A stretch of DNA of 64,000 bases. Source: an uncultured delta proteobacterium. GTDB taxonomy: Bacteria; Myxococcota; Myxococcia; Myxococcales; Myxococcaceae. Shown here piece after piece: positions 55,688 to 64,000 of the stretch; position 1 is the stretch's first letter, and every line of letters begins with the position of its first letter. The position numbers were made by a program, and so were the translations under genes. The stretch is taken from NCBI GenBank assembly GCA_963776345.1, contig CAVZMH010000018.1, positions 96,001-160,000 on the forward strand, in the 5' to 3' direction. Below the pieces are notes generated by a model, which worked only from the letters and a program-made list of their open reading frames with translations, was not told where the DNA came from and made no database searches.

Positions 55688-56560
55688 TCAGGGTAGCGCA
55701 ATGCGGCCCGGCGGCGCGGCGATTCCACCCACCGAGGTGCCGTTCTGGGTGTGGCAGCTATTGCAGTCGCCCGACGGGACGGCGGTGCCCATGCTCCGCG
55801 TCTTCCCGTTGAAGCTCACCGTCGCGGTGATGGGAAACACCGGCCAGCCGCCTCCGAGGTTCGCGTAGAAGTTGCCCGCGCTGTTGACCGTGAACGCCCG
55901 GGCCGTCCCGTTCTTGTCGGTGACCGTCACCGTGGCTCCATTCGCGGCGGAGCCGTTGCAGTCGTCGAACTCGTGCCCGGTGGGGAACACCGTCCCGGCG
56001 ATGCTGAAGCCCGGGGCCTCGCCGCTCCTGTCGTGACAGGCGATGCAGGCCAGGCCCGGGTGCATGCGTGAGCTGCCGTTGTCGCCCTGGGTCCAGTAGC
56101 TGTTGCTGCTGCACTGAGGAGGTGCGCTGAAGGCCGGGTCACCGGCCGGCGCGCAGCTTCCCGCCGGGGTGCCCGCGTCCACCCAGCTCCCGAAGGCTGC
56201 GATCTCGGTGGCGGACACCGTCACCCCGGTCCCCGGCGGCATCGGGGAGGCCGAGTCCTGCATGCGGAACAGCGAGCGCTGGGCGTAGTTCTGTCCAGTG
56301 AAGCCGGTCGCCGGCGCGGTGAGCGCGGCGAGGCTGTTCAGCGGCATGGGCGCGCTGCCCGAGGGCGGCGAGCCGTGGCAGCTCGTGCAGTGGCTGGAGA
56401 GCAGCGTGGCCACGTCGCAGGGCAGATCTCCCGCCACCGTGCCGCCGCCCCCACCGGAGCCGCCGTCCGGGCCGGCGTTCAGGTTGCCCGTGCCGCCGGA
56501 GTAATCCCCCAGCGCGCAGGCGACGGTGACCAGCAGCATCGACGACAGCAGACGGCGCAT
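55688..56560 (-). CDS. Triheme cytochrome c lipoprotein
   Basis: RBS GGAGG, lipobox-like VTVAC, CTSCH...MPP, CIACH and CNSCH. Confidence 0.8.
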   Translation of the reverse strand: MRRLLSSMLLVTVACALGDYSGGTGNLNAGPDGGSGGGGGTVAGDLPCDVATLLSSHCTSCHGSPPSGSAPMPLNSLAALTAPATGFTGQNYAQRSLFRMQDSASPMPPGTGVTVSATEIAAFGSWVDAGTPAGSCAPAGDPAFSAPPQCSSNSYWTQGDNGSSRMHPGLACIACHDRSGEAPGFSIAGTVFPTGHEFDDCNGSAANGATVTVTDKNGTARAFTVNSAGNFYANLGGGWPVFPITATVSFNGKTRSMGTAVPSGDCNSCHTQNGTSVGGIAAPPGRIALP

Positions 56561-56783
56561 CGAGACCTCGGACCTCCGACGGGGAGGCGTTCGCTTCAGA
56601 GTTGCCCGATGCTGGACGGATCCGTCACCGCAAGGACAGAGGCGCGGATGTGCGGCAAGGTGGAGCAGGCTCACCGGTCGCGTGGGGGCTCGGCAAACCC
56701 ACCCCTCGAAGATCCCGGGTGGTGACCAGGGACGGAGCGGACGTGACCCGCCCCCCGGTCCGTGCCATGACCTCCGGACGAGC

Positions 56784-59323
56784 GTGGAACGGGGAACTGG
56801 CCAGGACCCGGCCGCCGCCGGGCTGAGCACCGCGGAGGCGGCGGCCCGGCTCGTCCGCGAGGGGCCCAACGAGGTCGCGGTGCACGCGCGGGCCTCGGTG
56901 CTGCGCCAGGTCGTGGCCAGCTTCTCCAATCCACTCTTCGGCATCCTCCTCGTGGCGGCGGCGGCGTCGGCCGTGCTCGGCGAACGGGTGAACGCCGTCA
57001 TCGTCGTGGCGATGGTGCTCCTCAGCGCGGCCGTCGACTTCGTCCAGTCGTTCCGCTCGGCGAGGGCCGTCGAGCGGCTCCGGGCGCAGGTGGCCCTGAC
57101 CGCGAGCGTGCTGCGCGACGGGCGCTGGGTCGAGCTGCCCCGGCGCGAGCTGGTGGTCGGCGACGTCATCCGCCTGTCCGCAGGCGCCCTGGTGCCCGCG
57201 GACGCCCGGCTGCTCGCTGCCAACGCGCTCCACGTCGTCGAGTCCGCGCTGACCGGCGAGTCGCTGCCGGTGGAGAAGGAGGTCGGGGCCGCGGGCGAGC
57301 CCGGCGGTGTCTCGGCCGGCAACGTCTACGCCGGCACCTCGGTTGCCAACGGCATGGCGGAGGCGGTGGTGGAGCACACCGGCGGCGGCACCCAGCTCGG
57401 GGCCATTGCCGCCCGGCTCGCCGAGCGCCCGCCCCAGACCGCCTTCGAGATCGGGATCCGCGACTTCGGCCTCTTCATCACCCGCACCGTCCTGTTCCTG
57501 GTGCTCTTCATCGGCGTGGTGAGCGTGGCGCTCCACCGGCCTCCCCTCGAGTCGCTGCTCTTCGCCGTGGCGCTGGCGGTGGGGCTGACCCCGGAGTTCC
57601 TGCCGATGATCAGCACCGTGACCCTCGCTCAGGGCGCGGTGCGGATGGCCCGCTCGAAGGTCATCGTCAAGCACCTCCCGGCCATCCAGAACCTCGGCAG
57701 CATCGACGTCCTCTGCAGCGACAAGACCGGCACCCTCACCCGGGGTCAGATGGAGCTGGAGCGCTCGGTGGACGGTGCAGGGTCGCCGGCCCCGGGGCGC
57801 TGGGCCTCGCCCAGGTGAACAGCGCGCTGCAGACCGGACTCAAGAGCCCGCTCGACGACGCCATCCTCGCCGCACCGCACCCGGAGCCCGGGGAGTGGCA
57901 GCGGTGCGGCGAGGTGCCGTTCGACTTCGAGCGCCGGCGGGTGAGCGTGGCCGCCCAGCGCGCCGGCACGCTGGAGCTCATCTGCAAGGGCGCCCCGGAC
58001 GGCGTCCTCTCCGCGTGCACGCGGTGGGAGACCCCGGGCGGGGTGCGACCGCTCGACGACGCCGCCCGCGCCCGGTGCCAGGAGACCGAGCGGGCGCTGG
58101 CCGGGCAGGGGCTCCGGGTCATCGCCGTGGCCTCGCGCACCCTGGGCCAGGAGGAGCCCTGCGGCCTCGACTCCGAGCGCGACCTCTGCCTCGCCGGCTT
58201 CCTCGCCTTCCTCGACCCGCCGCTCCCCGAGGTCGCCAAGACCATCGCCGGGCTCCGGCGGGACGGTGTGTCGGTGAAGATCCTCTCCGGCGACGACCCG
58301 CTGGTGGTCCGTCACGTCTGCGAGGCCGTCGGCATCGGAGGCAAGCGCGTGGTGCTCGGCGACGACCTCGACCGGCTGACCGACCCGGCGCTGGGGCAGG
58401 TGGCCGAGCACCACGCGGTGTTCGCCCGGGTGTCGCCGCAGCAGAAGACGCGCATCCTCCAGGCGCTGCGCCGGCGGGGACACGTGGTCGGCTTCCTCGG
58501 CGACGGCATCAACGACGCGCCCTCGCTCCACACCGCCGACGTGGGCATCTCGGTGGCCTCCGCCGTGGACGTGGCCCGCGATGCGGCGGACATCGTGCTC
58601 CTCGAGCGCGGACTGGGCGTGCTTCATGCCGGCATCGTCGAGGGCCGGAAGTCCTTCGGGAACGTCATGAAGTACCTCCTGATGGGCACCAGCTCGAACT
58701 TCGGGAACATGCTGAGCATGGCGGTGGCGTCGCTCTTCCTGCCCTTCCTGCCGATGCTCCCGACCCAGATCCTCCTCAACAACTTCCTCTACGACCTGGC
58801 GCAGCTGACCATCCCCAGCGACGCGGTGGACGCGTCCTTCCTTGCCCGGCCCCAGCGCTGGGACATCCACGCCGTGCGGCGGTTCATGCTGGTGGTCGGT
58901 CCGGTGAGCTCGCTCTACGACTTCCTGACCTTCTGGATCCTCCTCGGCGTCTTCCACGCCTCGGAGCGGCTGTTCCACACCGGCTGGTTCGTCGAGTCGC
59001 TGGCCACGCAGGTGCTGGTGGTCTTCGTCATCCGCACCGCCGGGAACCCCTTCCGGAGCCGGCCGAGCCCGCTGCTCGCCGGGACCTCGCTGGCGGTGGT
59101 CGCGGTGGCGGCGGTGCTCCCCTGGACTCCGGCGGCCGAGGCGCTCGGGTTCGAGCCGCTCCCGGCGCCGTTCTTCCTCTTCCTCGCCGTCGCCACCGCC
59201 ACGTACCTCCTGCGCGTCCAGTGGGTGAAGGGCCGCATCCTCCCCAGGTTCACCCCGCCGTCACCGCGGCGGGCGCGGCCGGCCGCTCCCGGTGGGCCTT
59301 CGCGCGCCAGACGAGCCGCCTAG
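56784..59323 (+). CDS. mgtA: Magnesium-translocating P-type ATPase (frameshift near 57800)
   Basis: TGES, AVGLTPEFLP, IQNLGSIDVLCSDKTGTLT, PFDFERRR, GDGINDAP, SSNFGN, LLNNFLYD, FHTGWFVES. Confidence 0.9.
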
Positions 59324-60521
59324 CGACGCCCGCGGGGCGCCACCCGCGTCCCGTCCTCCAGCGCCTCGCCGGGGTAGAGCACCACCGTGTCCCCCTCGGC
59401 GAGCCCCGACTTCACCTCGGCCACCCGGGGGTTCCGGAGCCCGATGGTGACCGGGCGAAGCACCGCCCGACCGGCCTCCACCCGGAACACGCTCCACTGC
59501 TCGCCCTGGCGGAAGAGGGCGCCGAGCGGGACCAGCAGGGCGCGAGGCACGTCGGCGGTCACCACGTGCAGCTCCACCCGGAAGCCGTCTCCGAGGCCGC
59601 GCCGCTTCTCCGGCGAGTCCACCAGGTCGGCCACGACGTTCACCCGCTGCTCCTCGACGCCGAGCGCGGACACCTTGGTGAACGCGCTCGGCTCGACCCG
59701 CCGCACCCGGGCCTGCAGCGTTCCCTCCCCGCCCCAGCGATCGATGACCACCTCGGCGCCCGGGACGGATGGCCACCGCCTCGGTGGTCAGCACGTCGGC
59801 CACGGCCTCCATCGCCCCGAGGTCGCCGAGCTCGAACAGCGGCGTCCCCGGCTGGACCACGGCCTCGCTCTCCTGGAGGACCCGCAGCACCACACCCTTC
59901 ACCGGACAGGAGACCTCCCAGGCCTCCTCTGGCTGCCCGCGCCGTTCCTGGGTGCGCACCAGGGCGGCGCGGGCGGCGTCGCGCTCGTGCCGGGCGACGT
60001 CGCGGCCGCGCTCCGCCACCTCCACGTCGCGGGCCCTTGCCGGCGCGCTCGGTCTCGACCCGCTCCCTCGCCTCCTTGGAGATGCTCCCCGCCGTCCCGA
60101 GCTGCCGGGCCCGGGCGAGGTTGCGCTCCGCCTGGTCCGCTCGTTCCGGGCGAGCGCCAGCGCTGCCTCGGCCCTCCGCGCGGCGTCGTCCGCCGCCCGG
60201 GCCCGGGCCTGCACCTCGGAGCGGGTCCGGGCGTCGAGGAGCGGCGGGGCGACCGGGACGATGCGCGCCAGCGTCGCCTCGGGGACACAGGGATCTCCGG
60301 CGCGCACCGAGGGACGGAGGAGCGTGCCGCTCAGCGGCGAGGAGAGCACGTACCGGTCCCGCACCCGCACCCGCCCGTCCTCGTCCACCGTGACCCGGAG
60401 GGGTCCGAACGTCACCTTCTCCACCTCCACCGAGACCGAGCGCGGGCCGCAGCGCCAGGCAGAGCGCTCCCCCGACCACCACCACCGCCGCAGACACGCC
60501 GATGACGGTTCGCCGCTTCAC
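59320..60521 (-). CDS. HlyD/MacA-type periplasmic adaptor (several frameshifts)
   Basis: VTVDEDGRVRVRDRYVLSSP, CPVKGVVLRV, VEPSAFTKVSALGVEEQRVNV, split over frames. Confidence 0.8.
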
Positions 60522-60525
60522 GATG

Positions 60526-62897
60526 TCACTCCCGCGTCTTCAGGACCGCGATCAGGTCGAGCCTGCCGATGCGCCAGGTCACCGCCAGGGTGCTGAGCAC
60601 CGCCGCGCCCACGATGAACAGCGAGGACTCGGCGATGGTCCGGGCGGTGGTGGGGATGGCGAAGCGGACCTCCTCGTTGCTGAAGATCGGCGCCAGCGCG
60701 GCGCCGATCAGCGCTCCGAGCAACGCGCCGAGGGGAAGGCCCGGCCAGCACCTCCACCGCCAGCCCGGAGAAGAGCAGGCGCGCCACCTCCCGGTGGCTG
60801 AAGCCGATGACGTGCAGGGTGGCCAGCTCGCGCGCGCGTTCGGAGAGGGTGATGCGCGCATCGTTGTAGACGATGGAGAAGGCCAGCGCTCCGGCGAAGC
60901 CGGCGAGGAACACCAGGTCCACCCACATCGTCCGGTTCATCATCTCCTGGAAGAGCGCGATCAGCGTCTTCTGCTGGATGGCGGAGGTGACCTTCGGCAC
61001 TTCCTTGGTGCGCGCGAGGAAGCGCGAGACCTGCGCCTCGTCCATCTCCACCAGCGCCATGTCCGCCAGCGGCCGCTCCCCGAGCCACCGCGCGAGCGCG
61101 TCGTCGGCCATCGTCGCCCCGAATCCCACCGGCTCGTTCACCACTCCGGTCACCGGGATGAGGCCTGTCCGGCGATCTCCGGTCAGCAGCTGCACCTCCA
61201 GCGTGTCCCCGGCCTGCACGCGCAGTACCTCCGCCAGCTTGGCGGTCAGCACCATGCCGCCGGCGGGGAGGGGCCGGGTGGCCAGCTTCAGATTGACCAG
61301 ACGCCGCAGTCGCGACGACGGTGAGCACGCCGCTCAGCGCCACGTCGCGGGAGCGGTGGCCGCTCCGGAGCCGCACCGGCGCCGCGCGCAGGACCTCCGC
61401 TCCGAGGACGCCCGGGAAGTCGCGCAGCTCGGAGAGCACCTCGTCTGCGCCCGTCGGAGACCGTCAGGCCGACCTTCACGTCCTCGCGCTGGGCGGCCGG
61501 CATGGCCTGGAGCAGGAGCACGTCCATGGCGGCGAACATCGCCAGGTCACCACCACGATGGACAGGGCCAGCCCGAACGCCAGCGAGGAGAGAGCCGCGC
61601 GCCCGGGCTGGCGGGCCAGCTGCCGGAGCACGAACCGCCCGTTCACCCCGAGCAGCCGCCCCAGCCCCGCGCGCTCCAGCGCCGAGGGCCGGTACTCCGG
61701 CGGCGTGGGCGGGCGGAGAGCCTCCGCGGGAGGGATCGAGGTCGCCCGGCGGAGCGAGCCCCAGGCGCCGATGGCGGCGGCGCCGAGGCTGAGCGAGGTC
61801 ACGAGCAGGACCTGTCCGGGCTCGAGCCGGTAGCGGAGGAGGGGAAAGCGGAAGTACTCGGTGTACAGCCCCGTCAGGAGCGTGCCGAAGTAGTCGCCGA
61901 GCACCAGCCCACTGGCGAGCCCGATCAGGACGATGAGCCCCACCAGCTTCGCGTAGTGCAGCCCGATGGCCCCGTTGAAGTAGCCCACGGCCTTGAGCGC
62001 GGCGATCTGGTCTCTCTCGGTGTCCAGGAGGCGGGAGAAGACCAGATTGACCAGGAACGCCGAGACCAGCAGGAAGATGGCCGGGACGATGGTGGCCATC
62101 ACCGCGAGCTGCCGGAACTCGTTGGTCACCAGCTTGTGCGAGACGTGGCGGTCGCGGCCGTACGCCCCCAGCGAGCCGTAGCGATCGAGCACCTGGTCTG
62201 CCTCGGCGATGACCGCCGGGGCGCTGGCGCCGGGCCCGAGCCGGAGCACCACGTCGTCGAACGCGCCACGCAGGTCGAAGGCCGAGGCCAGCCCCTCGCG
62301 CGGCATCCACACCACGCCGAAGCGCCGGTCGTCCGGGAACACCGTGCCTTCCTGCAGCTGGTAGACGTACTCGGGGCTGAGCGCCACGCCGGCGATCCGG
62401 AGCCGCTGCCGCCGCCCGTTGATGCGGGCCACCAGATCCATGCCCGGATGCCAGATGGTCGGCCTCGGCGAAGGCCTGGTTGACCAGCACCTCGTCGTCC
62501 CGTCCCGGGCTCGGGCCAGCGCCCCGCCTTGAGGTGCAGGCGGTTCAGCTGCGGCGGTCCCTGGTCGGGGATGGACACCAGTCGCGCGGTCGCCGGCTCG
62601 TCCAGCCCCGGAACGTCGATGGACACGTCGCGGACGATGCGCGTCTCCACCTGGCCCACGCCGGGGATGGCCCGCAGCCGGTCCGCCACCGGCTCGGGCG
62701 CGCGCTTGAGACGGGCGAACACGTCGGCGAAGCGGTAGCGGGTGTAGTAGTCGTCGAGCGCGGTCTGCAGCGCTGCGGTGGTCCCGGCCGAGCCGAGGAA
62801 CACCGCCGTCCCGCAGCAGATGACCAGGGCGATGGAGCCCCCCTTGCGACTTCAGCCGCCAGGCGTCCCGGAGGACCTTCCTGTCGAGCGGCTTCAC
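60526..62897 (-). CDS. MacB/FtsX-type ABC permease, duplicated domains (several frameshifts)
   Basis: [55 protein letters not shown], distributed over frames. Confidence 0.82.
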
Positions 62898-63652
62898 CAG
62901 CTCAGCTCCTCGGGCCGGGCCCGCCGCGCGTTCCGCGACTCGGAGGCCACCCGTCCATCGGCGAAGCGGAGCACCCGGTCGCCCAGCCCGGCGATCACCG
63001 CGTTGTGGGTGATGATCAGCGTGGTCCGTCCGAGCTCCTCGTTCACCCGGAGCAGCGCCGAGAGCACCACCCGGCCGGTCTCCTGGTCCAGCGCGCCGGT
63101 GGGCTCGTCGCAGAGCAGGAGGTCGGGCTGCTTGGCCACCGCCCGGGCGATGGCCACCCGCTGCTGCTCGCCTCCCGAGAGCTGGGCGGGGAAGTGGTCC
63201 ATCCGCTCGCCCAGGCCCACCAGCTGCAGCGCCTCCTCGGGCGTCATCGGCTCCCGCGAGATGTCGGTCACCAGCTCCACGTTCTCCCGGGCGGTGAGGC
63301 TGGGGAGCACGTTGTAGAACTGGAAGACGAAGCCCACGTGGTCCCGGCGGTAGAGCGTGAGCTCGCGCTCCGTCGCCCGGGTGAGGTCCTCACCGCGGTA
63401 GAGCACCTGGCCCGAGGTGGCGCGGTCCAGCCCGCCGAGGATGTTGAGCAGCGTCGACTTGCCGCTGCCCGAGGGGCCGAGGATCACCACGAACTCGCCC
63501 TCGGTGAAGGTGAGGTCCACGCCCCGGAGCGCGTGCACCTGCACCTCGCCCATCGTGTACGTCTTCACCAGGGCGCGGGTCTCGAGCACCGGCGCGGGAA
63601 CCGTCCCCGCCCGGACCTGGGCCTCTCCGGCGCTCGGTGCGGCGTGCTCCAC
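62894..63652 (-). CDS. ABC transporter ATP-binding protein (MacB/LolD type)
   Basis: [38 protein letters not shown]. Confidence 0.95.
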   Translation of the reverse strand: MEHAAPSAGEAQVRAGTVPAPVLETRALVKTYTMGEVQVHALRGVDLTFTEGEFVVILGPSGSGKSTLLNILGGLDRATSGQVLYRGEDLTRATERELTLYRRDHVGFVFQFYNVLPSLTARENVELVTDISREPMTPEEALQLVGLGERMDHFPAQLSGGEQQRVAIARAVAKQPDLLLCDEPTGALDQETGRVVLSALLRVNEELGRTTLIITHNAVIAGLGDRVLRFADGRVASESRNARRARPEELSW

Positions 63653-63816
63653 GACATCTCACCCCGGTTGCGACAAGCGTGCCCGCGAGGGTACCCCGGC
63701 TCGACGAGGCGCCTGGCGCAACCCCTGCGGAGCCCGATGGACGCTTCGTCGTCCCGGCGCAACTCCTGCGTCCATGCCTCCTCGCCTCCGCGCCGGGGAC
63801 GTGCTACGGCGCGCGC

Positions 63817-64000
63817 ATGCCCATCCAGGTCGGACAGCGCGTTCCCGAGGGGACGCTGAGCGAGTTCATCGAGCAGGAGACGCCGGGCTGCGCGCTCGGC
63901 CCCAACACCTTCCAGGTCTCGAAGCTGGTGGCCGGCAAGCGCATCGTGGTGTTCGGGCTCCCGGGCGCCTTCACCCCGACCTGCTCGGCCAAGCACGTTC
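63817..64000 (+). CDS. Peroxiredoxin, Prx5 type (5' part; runs off window)
   Basis: MPIQVGQRVPEGTL...FGLPGAFTPTCSAKHV. Confidence 0.92.
   Translation, partial: MPIQVGQRVPEGTLSEFIEQETPGCALGPNTFQVSKLVAGKRIVVFGLPGAFTPTCSAKHV

Noticed and set aside
56561..56783. Mg2+ riboswitch or mgtL-like proline leader before mgtA
   Set aside because: No convincing M-box features or Pro-rich short ORF with an RBS was identified by eye.

Overview
Very GC-rich bacterial chromosomal DNA, most likely Myxococcota (inferred from a MYXO-CTERM-like tail, a eukaryote-like Ser/Thr kinase and sigma54 signalling). From left to right it holds: an acetate/solute permease operon with a degenerate acetyl-CoA synthetase and a cbrX-cbrA-cbrB-like system; an acyltransferase, a GNAT and a Ser/Thr kinase; tRNA-Leu and tig-clpP-clpX...lon; yqgE-bolA-grxD plus a molybdo-oxidoreductase; a metY-metX-aspartokinase/homoserine dehydrogenase operon; pepP, rsmE, a methyltransferase, a desaturase, tolC/marR, an MBL hydrolase and a hydroxybutyrate dehydrogenase; a cNMP-TrxB-like flavoprotein; two RND efflux clusters; two c-type cytochromes; mgtA; a MacB-type ABC exporter; and a partial peroxiredoxin. 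I found no CRISPR array, integrase or transposase. Several genes carry 1-nt frameshifts that look like read errors. The three most interesting signals are: (1) an unannotated leader ORF ending in CCCRCCC-stop, followed by a structured 5' UTR, upstream of metY (candidate cysteine-sensing attenuator); (2) a Pseudomonas-like CbrXAB module with two sigma54 promoters and (T/C)GTTAC boxes, apparently driving a catalytically dead Acs homologue and an acetate-type permease; (3) a 60-bp palindromic element duplicated in frame inside a gene. All calls are from motif recognition by eye; no searches were run.
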